This document shows positions 1-11,640 of a DNA stretch of 64,000 bases, piece by piece. How positions within the stretch are numbered: the stretch's first letter is position 1; each line of letters starts with the position of its first letter. Made by a program: the position numbers and the translations under genes. Source of the stretch: Octopus vulgaris. Lineage: Eukaryota. Below the pieces are notes generated by a model that was not told where the DNA came from, searched no databases, and saw only the letters and a program-made list of their open reading frames with translations. The DNA is taken from the NCBI GenBank assembly GCA_951406725.2, contig OX597821.1, positions 63,302,001 to 63,366,000 of the forward strand, given 5' to 3'.

Positions 1-1319
1 GAGACTATGGGACGGCCAGGATTAGAGGGTTTATGGATCTTGGGAAGGGAGTAGATGGTGGAGGTGCGGGGTGTGCGGACGATGAGGTTGGTGGCGGTGA
101 GGGGGAGAGCGGAGGAGGAGATGAGGTCGCGGATGGTGGAGGACACTCGCTGTTGGTAGGAGGAGGTGGGATCGGAGGGGAGGAGGCGATAGAAGAGGGG
201 ATTTTGAAGCTGGTTGAGCGCTTCCTCCCTGTATAGGTCCGCGCGCCACACTACCACTGCCCCGCCTTTGTCCGCCGGTTTGATGACAATGTCATCACGA
301 CGGCGGAGGTGGTGAAGGGCAATGGATTCGGCCCGAGTGAGGTTGGCTCGGCGGGGTCTTGGTTCAAAGTTGAAAAGGTGGACCAAAGCGTTGCAGTCAT
401 GTACAAACGAATCTAGGCTACTGAAAAGGCCTGGGGCGGCGTCCAGATGAGGACGACGCCCCAGCTCCAAAAGGCAATCCTGATTGTTGTGACGCTGCGG
501 GGACGCGTGGTAGTATGCGCAAAGTTTGAGGCGGCGCAGGAACAGGTTGACGTCCGCCCGAGTCTCGAACTCATCACAGTGGCGCGTGAGTGGTGTGAAG
601 CGGAGACCCTTACTGAGGAGGGAGCGCTCAGCGGCGGAGAGGGGGAGGTTGGGGGGTATAGTGACAACAGCGCGAGGAAGCGGGGTGGTGGGAGGACTAG
701 GGGCAGGCGGAGGGGTGCAGGGGTGTGAAGGGGAGGGTAGGGGTGGTTGGGTGAAGATGGGTTAGGCGTAGGAAGGTCACGGTGGGGGGGTCCGTGGAAG
801 GGTAGGGTAGGTGCAAAGGAGGGGGGAACAGTGGGGGAGGATGGGGAAGGGGATGAGGGGTTGAGGAGGAGGTGGAGTTTTTTGTTTTTTGTGTGTGTGA
901 GGTAGTTGTAGAGTTGGTGGTTGAGATTAAGAATGAAGCGGAGGATAGGTTGGGTGAAAAGTGGAGGGCAGAGGGCGGAGAGAAGGAGGTAGGCCTGGGG
1001 AAGTTGATGGTCGAGGGAGTCAAGGAGGGGGCGGGTGGAGCGGATGGTGGCGCGGAGGAGGGAGCGGGAGGTACGAGCGAGGGTGGGTTCGATGAAGGGG
1101 GGAATAGGGGGTAGCGTGGAACTTCAAGAGGAAACCGCGGGGTGTGACATGATGGCGGAGGCACCGGCTAAGAAAGGAAAGATGGCTAGAATGGCGGGTT
1201 TTCTTAAAAAGCAAGCGGGAAAGTTTTATAGCAGGTGCGGAACATTGTGGGGGGAAGAACGCGAGGTAGCGGCTGAGGAGGGATTGAAGGTGTTGGACGA
1301 ACGAGTGCAAGTCAGGCAT
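1..1319 (-). mobile_element. Penelope-like element (probably Neptune-type) ORF, N-terminal part plus start of RT; frameshifted; runs off the window's left edge
   Basis: Minus-strand translation across about two frameshifts gives HLSFLSRCLRHHVTPRGF, VVTIPPNLPLSAAERSLLSKGLRF, RDDIVIKPADKGGAVVVWRADLYREEALNQL and YSLPKIHKPSNPGRPIVS, which are PLE RT N-terminal motifs. Confidence 0.9.
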
Positions 1320-1679
1320 GATGAGAGTGGTGGCAAACAGGTAAAGGTGGGTGGTGGCGAAACAGGAAAAAGGAGAGACAACAGGAAAACAACAAAAGAA
1401 GAAGAAGGGTGAAGACGGTTTGAAAACAATAGAAAAAAGTTGAAAAAAGTCAGGAAAGAGATTTGAGAGTCAACGGACAGATTAGGTAATGATTTTCAAT
1501 CACGATAATGGCGGTACTCCGGAAGAAGGTTGATCCGTAGGTCAGGAAGAATGGTAACAATAATCCGTAGGTGCAAAAATCCGGGAATTGGTATCCAAGG
1601 TACAAGGGGTCCGTGTAGGCGTGCAGTGGTATAATTTTAATCCAAACGGGAAAACAAAAAAACAACAACAATAGAACAA

Positions 1680-2440
1680 TTACAGTATTATTATTAATAG
1701 GCGCTCAGGAAATGGAAGCAGGAAGGTATGACGTTTCGAGCGGAGCTCTTCGTCGGAAACATAAAGAAGGAAGAGAGAGGAAAGAAAGATCCCAAAGCGG
1801 GCAACGGGGATAGAGAAAAAAAACGACTGGTGTTTACGAGTTACACATGGTGAAAGGCGGAAGTTTACGATAACAAGAGCAAAGTAGGTTTTTAAAGCCA
1901 AAAGAGTGGAGACAAGGTTGGTAACGCAACAGATGTGTGTGTATGTGTGAGTGTGTGCGTGTGCGTGTGTGTATGTGTGTGTGTGAAGCGAGATAAAAAA
2001 ACAAAAAATATATGTATGTGTTAGTGTGTGCGTCTGTGTGTAGGCGTGTGAGGTAGGGCGAGACAGTGGTAGGCATAGCAGAAAGTGGTCAGTAGTAAGA
2101 AAAAGAAGGAAGGAGGAAGGGAGGGAGGGGAAGGGGTGGGGGCGTATGTAGCGTGCCAGCGTGTGTTGAGTAGTAGTGTGTGTGTGTGTCCAGTGTCGTG
2201 GTAGTATTAATGGCGAGTAGATTGAATGTGTGTAAGAGTAATGTATATATTTAAGCAATGTGTGTATATGTGTGCGCGTGTGTGTAACAAAAAAGGGGGG
2301 TTAAGGAAAAAGGACTCCAGCTGAGGGGAAGATGGAAGAGTGGTCCCGCGGAGACGGGCGTGGGAAAACCCAACGACAAGCGACAGTCCCGGGAACGAGC
2401 GGGAGGTCTCGTCGGGTCCAAGAGCGAGGTGCATGTGGCG
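1680..2440 (-). repeat. PLE pseudo-LTR upstream of the left PLE ORF
   Basis: Contains a hammerhead-like motif (1725-1762) and a degenerate GLSL..G..ARLR piece (about 2340-2400) resembling a PLE endonuclease C-terminus. Similar to segments at 5500-5710, 6690-6900, 11460-11640, 60740-60925 and 63630-63825. Confidence 0.65.
1725..1762 (-). ncRNA. Minimal hammerhead ribozyme motif (PLE type), U4C variant
   Basis: Minus strand reads CCGACGA-A-GAGC-TCC-GCTC-GAAA-CGTC. Confidence 0.55.
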
Positions 2441-2459
2441 CGTATGCGTGCGCGAACCG

Positions 2460-3282
2460 GCGCAAGCGCGTGTGTGCGCGCGCCTTCGAGTATGCGCGTA
2501 AGTATGTATGTGTGTGGATGTGTGAGTGTGTCTGTGTCTATGTCTGGGTGTCAGTGTGTCCGATGAATGTATGTGAGTATGTGTGTATATATGTGTGTGC
2601 ATAGATGTATGTCCGTGTGTGTGTGTGTGTGTATGTGTATGAGTGTGTATGTATGTACGTGTGGGTGTGTGGAAGTGTGTGTATGTGCATGTGTGTGCGC
2701 GTACATACAGGTGTGTGAGTGAGTGTGTGTGTGTGTATGTATGTGTGAGTGCGTATGTATGTGTGTGTAGGATGCATGTATGTGTATGGGTGTATGTGTG
2801 TGTGTATGTATGTATGTGTACGTGCGTGTGTGTGTGTATGCGTGTAGGTGTGCGCGTGTGCATGCATGCATGCATGTGCGTATGTGTGTGTGTGCATGTG
2901 TGTGGGTATATATGTATGTGCGTATATGTGTGTGTATGTGCGTACATGTGTGTGTGTGTATGCATATGTGTGTATGTAGGTGTGTAGGCGTGTGTGTATA
3001 GGTGTATGTATGTAAGTATGTATGGGTGTGTCCGTGTATGTGTGTGTATGTATGTGTGTGTATGTAGGTGTGTGGGCGTGTGTATATGTGTGTGTATGTA
3101 GGTGTGTGGGCGTGTGTATATAGGTGTATGTATGTATGTCTGGGTGTGTCCGTGCATGTTTGTGTGTGTGTGTGTATGCATGTGTATGTGGGTGTGTGTG
3201 TACGTGTGTAATGTATGTGTGTATGCGTGTGTGTGCGTGTGTATGCGTGCGTGTGTGTATGTAGGTGCGTGTGTATGTGTAA
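2460..3282. repeat. Cryptic (TG/TATG)n microsatellite
   Basis: Directly visible TG-rich low-complexity tract. Confidence 0.95.
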
Positions 3283-3739
3283 ACATTTTATCAATTCAAA
3301 ATGAACAATTGAATTACACCATCTAGAAAATTACATAAAATAGACATATTACAACTAAAATAACAATAAAATGTCAATGATTAAGTAAATTGCAAAAAAT
3401 AATATAAACGTATATAATAGGTTGAAAAATATATATATATATATATATCAGAAAAATAGGATAAAGCTACTTTAGAGTCACATAGGCCCGGTTCCTGGAT
3501 CTTGTAGCGTATAAATTTCTTCCCCCACCCTGTACGAGGCGCTGTCCGTCACAGCAATACTCACTTTTATTAGCTGAATGGACTGGAGCAATGTAAATAA
3601 ATAATCCAATCCAGGAATCGAAATATGAAGTTATGTGCGACTATTAGTTTCATGCCCCGAGAGTATGACAGTGATTTTTAACGCGTCTGTGTGTGCGAGT
3701 GTGTGTAGTGTGTGTTGTGTGTTTCTGTGTATGTGTATG

Positions 3740-3778
<39 letters not shown>

Positions 3779-3789
3779 AGTATATAAGT

Positions 3790-4570
3790 ATTCAGTTCCA
3801 CTGCGTGGCACCTTGGGCAAGTCTTCTATTTTAGCCTCGGGCTAACCAAAGTCTTGTGAGTGTATTTGGTAGGCAGTAACTGAAAGAAGCCGAAATAAGG
3901 CAGAAACTGAAATAAGGCGGCGAGCTGGCAGAAGCGTTAGCGCGCCGGACGAAATGCTTAGCGGTATTTCGTCTGCCGCTACGTTCTGATTTCAAATTCC
4001 GCCGAGGTCAACTTTGCCTTTCATCCTTTCGGGGTCGATTAAATAAGTACCAGTTACGCACTGTCTGTCCTTGTTTGTCCCCTCTGTGTGTAGCCCCTTG
4101 TGGGCAGAAAAGAAATAGGTATTTCGTCTGCCGTTACGTTTCGAGTTCAAATTCCGCCGAGATTGACTTTGCCTTTCATCCTTTCGGGGTCGATAAATTA
4201 AGTAGCAGTTACGTACTTGGGTTGATCTACTTGACTTAATCCCTTTGTCTGTCCTTGTTTGTCCCCTCTATGTGTAGCCCCTTGTGGGCAATAAAGAAAT
4301 AAGAAACTGAAAGAATCCCGTGGTGTGTATGTTTATATGTATATGTTTATGTGCATGCGTGTTTGTGAGTTTGTCCTCTTCCCCCATCCCTTGACAACCG
4401 ATGCCGGTCATTTTACGTTCCCGTCACCCAGTGGTTTGGCAGAAGCGACCTATAGAATTAGCACCAAGCTAACAACGAATAGGTCCAGGGGTCGATTTCT
4501 TCGACTAAAAGGCGGTGCTACAGCATGGCCACAGTCAAATGACTGAAACAAGTAAAAGAATAAAAGAATA
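3790..4570 (+). mobile_element. SINE family A copy interrupted by a family B SINE dimer
   Basis: 5' half (3790-3890) and 3' half (4302-4570) match the intact copy at 27223-27635. Confidence 0.8.
3913..4301 (+). mobile_element. SINE family B (tRNA-like head, Nin-domain-like core), tandem dimer with an 11-bp TSD
   Basis: Head GGCGAGCTGGCAGAA, B-box-like GTTCAAATTCC and core GCCTTTCATCCTTTCGGGGTCGAT. AGAAACTGAAA is duplicated at 3902-3912 and 4302-4312. Confidence 0.8.
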
Positions 4571-5499
4571 TGTATGTATGTACGTATGTATGTATGCATA
4601 TATGTATGTATATACACGGGGCTACCGGGTGGAATCTGGCGCTGAATATACGGAAAAAAACATTTGTTCGGTCGAACTATGTGACTTAACTTATATGAAT
4701 CATTTTTCTTTTTCTTTTCACCGTCTTTCTACGTAATATTCGCAAATGCTTTCTTTGTAATGCTCACACATGTCCAAAGTTTTCTTTTTCTCTGATCTCT
4801 ATGATGTTTGACTATTTTGCAGTTGTGTTTGTGATAGTTTTATTGTTGTCGCTTCTCAAAACACTATATTTCTTTTAGTCTCATTTCCTTTTTTGCAATA
4901 CTAAATTGATACGCATCGCATAAAACAGAAGCAATTTTAATAGACATGTCTTCCATTCATGAAACACACTGAAGAACGAGTGATTGATTGTTCTGAGTTT
5001 GAGTGCTTTAATGAAAAGATGTTTGCTTACCACATGACAAGAGCATCGAACACAGAGCTGAGCATGAGTGAAATATTGTTTTGTGGATTGAACTACTCTA
5101 AACTTGTAAAGAGTTGATAGGGAAAAAAGACTGACGCTAGAAGCTGAATTTGCTTCAACCAAAATGACAAATCAGATGGTATAACAAAAATATGAATGAA
5201 AATCGTGTAAGTGCTAGATCACAGCTCCATAAGAGCCTGGAGAGAGAGCCTTCAACCGTAGTAGAGTTCTGTATGCATCACAATTTCTTACGACAATGAG
5301 CTTTCTACGTACAGCTACAGTCTGTGTTTAAGTTCAGTTGCCTTACACAGAGCGTCTTCTGATTCACCTCCCTTGCAAGTTGGATAATCTATCATAACTT
5401 TGCTTCGGGTAGCTTCAAAACATACACGCACGCACATATGGATGTCCATATATATATAACGATTCATATATATATATATATATATATACATATATATGC

Positions 5500-5710
5500 A
5501 TGCATGTATGTATGTATTAGTTCAAATTTACAGAAAACAAAAGACGAAGACATGTGTAGGAACAAAAAACAGGTGTATCAATTTACGCCCGGGAGAAATG
5601 GAAAAGTCTTTGCCGTTTCGAGCTTACGCTCTTCGACAGAAAGGATTAAGAGGGAAAAATGGAGAGAGAATTTTTTAAAAACCGGGAGAAAAAATGTGCA
5701 GAGTTCAACG
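5500..5710 (-). repeat. Solo PLE pseudo-LTR fragment with hammerhead motif at 5608-5644
   Basis: Minus strand reads CCTTT-CTGTCGA-A-GAGC-GTAA-GCTC-GAAA-CGGC-AAAG. Flanks resemble 63630-63825. Confidence 0.65.
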
Positions 5711-5714
5711 GTCC

Positions 5715-6065
5715 AACATTATTATTTTTTCTTTACTAGTTTCAGCTCGGGAGCAGCGGCCATGCTTCAGCACCACCGTTAGCTTTACTACACTTTCGCT
5801 AAACCTCCTTTGATAGGTAGCATTTGGCAAATGAGGGAGTTTGATGTTACTACCCTCATCTGAGTTTCTCGTCGCGCGGGAAGTTGATGCGAAACTCTTG
5901 AACGGAAGGGATTTAGTTTTATTTTGAAGACACCTACATTCATTCCTTATAGGTCTCTCAGGTTTTGTTGGAGGATATTGAAGAGTTGTGACCCGTTGAA
6001 ACCCAATCTGTTTCAATAACTAGTCCTGTATCCTGAAGCAATGTTGGGATCTTTGGAACAATGCT
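5715..6065 (-). mobile_element. Degenerate 3' end of a CR1-group LINE, same family as 16231-18485
   Basis: Minus-strand pieces GFNGSQLFNIL, NLRDL*GMNVGVFKIKL and RRETQMRVVTSNSLICQ match the C-terminus of the 16313 ORF. The 3' UTR contains GGTGGTGCTGAAGCATGGCCG. Confidence 0.8.
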
Positions 6066-6449
6066 AGGAATATTATTCATCTTCTTTCTGACATCAGTGT
6101 CGAATTGTCCAGTACACTTGTGAAATCATCGATATCTTGTATTTTGAAACGGATTCATTGTGGTCGTGTTGCTGGTTTCGATCGTTCGCTGTTACACATT
6201 TGTGTTGGATAATGGTATCTACAACAGAGTTAAGTAAATCATTCAATTAACTAATGTTGGGAACTTCTGTTTGTACAATGTGTTTGTTAGCAACTTCATC
6301 GATCACAGATAACATAATGTTTGCATGGTTTCTAACGACTCATATCCTAATCGTGGTGTTATTCACTTGTTTTTTCATCTCAACCATGAAAGATTGTTTG
6401 AAATTTGTTGCATGTTACTTTATGTACGCGTCTAGATCTGTGTGATGAT

Positions 6450-6485
<36 letters not shown>

Positions 6486-6689
6486 GTATGTGAGTGTGTG
6501 TGTGTATATATATGTATATATGTATGTATGTGTGTGCTTGCGCGAATGTTTGTGTAATATATAATATATGATATATATATATACGTACGCGCATATATAT
6601 GCTTGCAAGCACACAGACAGACACGCAGGCACCCATATACATATGCATGTGCGAGTATGTTTGTATATATATGTATATATACATATAGT

Positions 6690-7020
6690 TCATCCAAACA
6701 TGACAGCACAAAGAGAAAACACAACAACGCGAGGACGTGGAACTAGTATATTGTTATTGGACGCTCAGGAAATGAAAGGAAGAAGGAGGACATAACGTTT
6801 CGAGCGGAGCTCTTCGTCAGAAACATAGAAAAAGGAAAGGTCCCAGGAAGGGAAGAAGGAAGAAGAAAATCGGTGTAGGTGTAAAGGGTGGCGACAAAAG
6901 GAGAAAAGTGGAAGAAGAAACGAGGACGAGAAAAAGTGGAAGAGTCACGGACAAATTTGTTTATGATTTCCAATCACGATTACAGTGGCGTACTCCGGGT
7001 CAATGGTAACCTTAATCCGT
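6690..7020 (-). repeat. PLE pseudo-LTR/5'-region fragment with hammerhead at 6789-6826
   Basis: Minus strand reads CTGACGA-A-GAGC-TCC-GCTC-GAAA-CGTTA. 6950-7020 resembles 1465-1570. Confidence 0.7.
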
Positions 7021-7049
7021 ATATACATATATATATACATAAACCTTTA

Positions 7050-7103
<54 letters not shown>

Positions 7104-7186
7104 CACACACACACATTTACATGTGTGTGTGTAGGCTTATATATATATATATCTACATACATACAAACACAAACACACGCACATAT

Positions 7187-7354
7187 ATTTAATTTTCATA
7201 GTTGTTTGTTTTCTTTGTTTACTTCTCAAGGATATTTTCTATACATCCACTCGACTGCTTAGCAACTCTCTCTCTTCATCTTCAATCTACATATCATTAT
7301 CCTGTGTATTGCCGAAACAGCTAAGATGGGAAAACTACTATTCGTTCATATTTA
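7187..7354 (+). repeat. About 167-bp direct repeat, copy 1
   Basis: Nearly identical to 9229-9393. Confidence 0.9.
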
Positions 7355-7515
7355 CACACACACACACACATACACATACACAGAAATGTGTGTGCGTGTA
7401 AATGTATATATATATATATATGTGTGTGTGTGTATGTATATATATATATATTGTGTATATATATGTGTGTGTGTGTGTTTCTATATATATGTATGGATGT
7501 ATGTATGTATGTATG

Positions 7516-7569
<54 letters not shown>

Positions 7570-8014
7570 CATATGAATGAGTTGACAAACGAAAGAAGGG
7601 GCACTCAACTCATTTGTTGAGAGTTACATGTATTATTCAAAACAGTTTGATTCGCATCCCGCACTACTTCGGATTCTTACCAGCCTGAAGAGGCAGGTTC
7701 CGTTAAGGTCTTCGAAACTTGAAGTTGAACAGAATTCGAATCAAACTCTTTTGAATATATATATATATTTACATACACGTATATATATATATATTTGGCC
7801 TTGTGGAATCCCTGATTCCGAGCATTAATGGCCTAATCCATTCCTGCGTACTACTTTACTGTGCTCCGAACATGTATGCGTGTATTCTTAGACCCGAACG
7901 TTTAATTTTTACTGTCCACTCAGTTACCCTCCTCATAGAAGACACTTCTTCGTTTTACTTACTCTTTTATTTCTTCAATAATATTTTCATTCTTATATAT
8001 AATGCAAATCCTAA

Positions 8015-8225
8015 GGTGGCGAGTTGCAGAATTGTTAGAACGCCGGGTAAAATTCTTAGCGGCATTTCGCCCGTCACTATGTTCTGAGTTCAAATTCCAC
8101 CGAGGTCGACTCTGTCTTTCATTCTTTCGGGTTCGATAAAAGAAGTACCATATGCACACTGGTATCGATATAATTGACTTCGCCTCTCCCTAAAATTGCT
8201 GGTTTAGTGCAAAATTTGAAACCGA
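8015..8225 (+). mobile_element. SINE family B, diverged monomer
   Basis: GGCGAGTTGCAGAA...GAGTTCAAATTCCACCGAGGTCGAC. Confidence 0.75.
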
Positions 8226-8430
8226 TATTAATTTAAATCCTCACCACTTCGTAGAATTTTGCTGACCCCTGTCATCCCTTGAAAATTTCTCATTTCATAT
8301 GATGTATTTATTCTTTCAGTTCAGACACATCATATTTGAGGTAAGGAAAAAATTATCAACAACACCGCTAATTGACACATTTGACACAATATTAATTAGC
8401 ATAATAACACTGCCTAGAACAAAACATGGT

Positions 8431-8883
8431 TACATGGAAAAATGTGAGCACGAGTCATAATATTCTTAAGATTATAAATCTAGAAAATTACAGGACAAGT
8501 TATTAGACTTGGAAACGTTCAGGACAAGTCATAACAACTGTTTAAGTACAGAACAATAAAATTTTTACTTAAGATATTGCAGCTAAATATAAAATATTTA
8601 GATTGAGTTATTTTAATTTTTTTTATAGAACAAGTAATAACAAACAGAAGTAATAACCTGCAATAAAATTTTTAGTATTAATAAAAGATAGTATTTTCTA
8701 AATATAAATATTTTATTTGAAATTTTATCGGCTGCAATATTTTGCGTGAAAATTTTCTTGTTCTGTACTTTACCAGATGTAATAACTTGTCCTGAACCGT
8801 TCCAGGCGTAATAACTTGTCCTGTACTTTTCCAGATTTATAATCTTAAGAATATTATTTCTCTTGCTCGCATTTTTCCATGTA
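8431..8883. mobile_element. Long-TIR MITE (arms of about 160 bp)
   Basis: TACATGGAAAAATG...CATTTTTCCATGTA ends with extended imperfect inverted arms. Second copy at 30397-30893. Confidence 0.85.
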
Positions 8884-9228
8884 ATAAAATATCTCCTATA
8901 AAATTAAGTATTCAGAACATCCTTCCTGACATTTTCAGCCTCAAACCTCTATTAAGATTTCCTCTTCATCAACCATGAACTTTTGCATAATTTACCTCTC
9001 GGCAGGCTTTATAATCAAACCTGAAATATAACCTGAAATATAACAACCTTTTACTATACACTAATGCAGGCACACAGGCAAAAACGGTCATTGACCTTAA
9101 AGTACACACACTGATTCAATTACTTTAATACTTTCCCTCATTCAAAACAAATCGGTATTTCCTTTTTGAGTTCTTAGACCTCTGACGTCCTATACCTATG
9201 TCGGGGTTATTGGATTTTTGGGAAGAAA

Positions 9229-9393
9229 ATTTAATTTTCATAGTCGTTTGTTTTCTTTGTTTACTTCTCAAGATATTTTCTATACATCCACTCAACTGCT
9301 TAGCAACTCTCTCTTCATCTTCAATCTACATGTCATTATCGTGTGTATTGCCGAAACAGCTAAGATGGGAAAACTCATATTCGTTCATATTTA
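9229..9393 (+). repeat. About 165-bp direct repeat, copy 2
   Basis: Nearly identical to 7187-7354. Confidence 0.9.
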
Positions 9394-9436
9394 CACACAC
9401 ACACACACACACACACATAGACATATAGGTGTGTGT

Positions 9437-9498
<62 letters not shown>

Positions 9499-10024
9499 TG
9501 TGTATGTGTGTATGTATATAAATGTATATATATATATATACATATATATACATACATATGTATATATACATGTCAGATATATATATATATTGATGTATGT
9601 ATATGTGTGTATATATATACATATGTGTGTGCACGCACGCGTGTGTGAAATTTCTCTTGCGTTAATGGTTATAGGTTAATTAATTTGTTGAGTAAAGCAC
9701 ATTTACAGTTTGGGCTACCTAGTGTCATCCATGGTTGGAGTATGTTTCTGGTGAATCTACTTCAGGAATTCCGCAGTGTTAGTTGAGATAACAATTGACG
9801 GATAGATTTGACACTAGTCTTTATTAAGTACGATGATCTTTTTAGCTCATCATAAACTGTCCTTTATGGGTAGGATTTTGAGCCTCTAATTGTGCTGCAT
9901 CAATCTGCATAGTTTGTGTCATATTAGGTAAATGCATAAAGAAGGGGCTGTCCCACTGGATATAGTGAGATGTTCTGCTGTATCTTGGTTGTGATTGGTT
10001 ACAGTTGTCCGTGGGTATATGTAC

Positions 10025-10195
10025 ATTATATTTCATTATTGCCCACAGAGGGCTAAATATAGAGGGGACAAACAATGACAGACAAAGGGATTAAGTCGAC
10101 ATCGGCGGAGTCTGAACTCAAAACGTATAGGCAGACGAAATACAGCTAAGTATTTCGCCCTGCGTGCTAACATTTCTGCCAGCTCGCCGCCTTAG
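10025..10195 (-). mobile_element. SINE family B, internally deleted
   Basis: Reverse complement of the family B head (TCTGCCAGCTCGCCGCC) and tail (TTTCATTATTGCCCACAGAGGGCTA). Confidence 0.75.
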
Positions 10196-10846
10196 TATAT
10201 GTATATAGTTCGCCGTGGTTGTATGTATATGCCGGTCATGGATACATATGCAAACCGTATATAAAAGAGACAGAATGAAAGAAGAAAAACAGTAAAACAG
10301 TCTTTAATTTATGGTGTGCGTGTGTGGTTGTGTAGGTGTGTGTGTGTGTGTGTCCGAACGCCTGTGTGATTGTGTGTCCTTGACCGGCAGTGCACATCTC
10401 TCTCCGTTAACCTAAATGTAATCTTTCTTTGATAGATTGTATTTTTCTATATTTTATCATTTTAATTTTACGCTATATAGCCCACAGACAACTGTAGCCG
10501 GTCATAAACAAGATACAGCAGGGACGAACAACATGCCTAGGATATCTCACTATGTCTAGCGAGGCATACCCTTGATTATGCATGTACCTGATGTGCCACA
10601 AATTGCACAGATGATTTACATGCCCCAAATCCTACCCATAACAGACAGCCTCAGCACGAGTCGAAACGATCGTCGTGATGAATAAAGACTAGTTCCAAAT
10701 CTGTCTTCTGTTTCACTAATAAATTATATATATGTATATATATATTTATATAATATAATATAATTCGAGACAAAACCACTATTTTAAAACCAAACAAGGA
10801 AAGACTTAATCAATACATAAAATTTTAATATAAATTAAATAAACCG

Positions 10847-10890
10847 CCACTACAAATGTTTCATGTCTGCTACCGACAATCTTCAGGTGG
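10847..10890 (-). ncRNA. Type I hammerhead ribozyme (mirror copy)
   Basis: Exact reverse complement of 10945-10988. Confidence 0.75.
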
Positions 10891-10944
10891 ATTTTCGATC
10901 TTCTAATCAGTATCAAATTTAATACTGATTAGAAGATCGAAAAT

Positions 10945-10988
10945 CCACCTGAAGATTGTCGGTAGCAGACATGAAACATTTGTAGTGG
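10945..10988 (+). ncRNA. Type I hammerhead ribozyme
   Basis: CCAC-CTGAAGA-T-TGTC-GGTAGCA-GACA-T-GAAA-C-ATTT-G-TA-GTGG. Stem I CCAC/GTGG, stem II TGTC/GACA, short stem III, GUA triplet with predicted cut after 10984. Confidence 0.75.
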
Positions 10989-11169
10989 CGGTTTATTTAA
11001 TTTATATTAAAATTTTATGTATTGATTAAGTCTTTCCTTGTTTGGTTTTAAAATAGTGGTTTTGTCTCGAATTATATTATATAATATTTTACTATAAAAT
11101 TGGATTTAACCCTAAATCTGATTTTTCCCTGTAATTTTGGATTCATTCCCTAATATTTATTATTATATA

Positions 11170-11202
<33 letters not shown>

Positions 11203-11459
11203 GCATACATACGCACACACACTCAGACACAGACACACGCACATATACACACTTATACACACTGAGATATGTATATTCATATATGTGCGGTCGTGGTTGT
11301 GTTTACAGCCATATGATTCCGGGGTCAGTCCCACTGCGTGGTATATTGAGCAAACGTTTTCTACTATTGCTTCGAGCCAACCAAAGCCTCGTGAGTGAAT
11401 TTAGTACACGGAAACTGAAAGAAACCCGTCGTGAATATATATATATATATATATATATT

Positions 11460-11640
11460 GTTATATATATAACAGGAAGCTTAACGAAAATAAACAAAAG
11501 ACGAAGGCAGGTGGAGTACAAACAAACAATTGTATTAGTATGGCGCTCAGGAACAGAAATAAAACAAGTCTTTTACGTTTCGAGCCTACGCTCTTCAACA
11601 AAAACATACGCAGAAAAGAAACACGGAGAGAAACAATATA
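11460..11640 (-). repeat. Solo PLE pseudo-LTR fragment with degenerate hammerhead at 11570-11605
   Basis: Minus strand reads TTGTTGA-A-GAGC-GTAG-GCTC-GAAA-CGTA-AAAG. Confidence 0.6.

Larger units (their letters stand above)
10753..11082. repeat. 330-bp near-perfect palindrome (161-bp arms), probable inverted PLE terminal repeat
   Basis: 10753-10913 is the reverse complement of 10922-11082. The 8-nt centre is CAAATTTA. Confidence 0.95.

Noticed and set aside
2207-3326. Long His/Thr/Tyr- or Cys/Val-rich ORFs here and at many TA/TG tracts
   Set aside because: Translations of microsatellites, open in several frames at once.
4615-5420. Possible DNA transposon with GGGGCTACC / GGTAGCTTC ends
   Set aside because: Inverted match too short and no TSD or transposase motif seen.
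7681-7730. CTGAAGA...GAAAC-TTGAA-GTT hammerhead-like motif
   Set aside because: Stems I and II pair poorly; at most a decayed relic.
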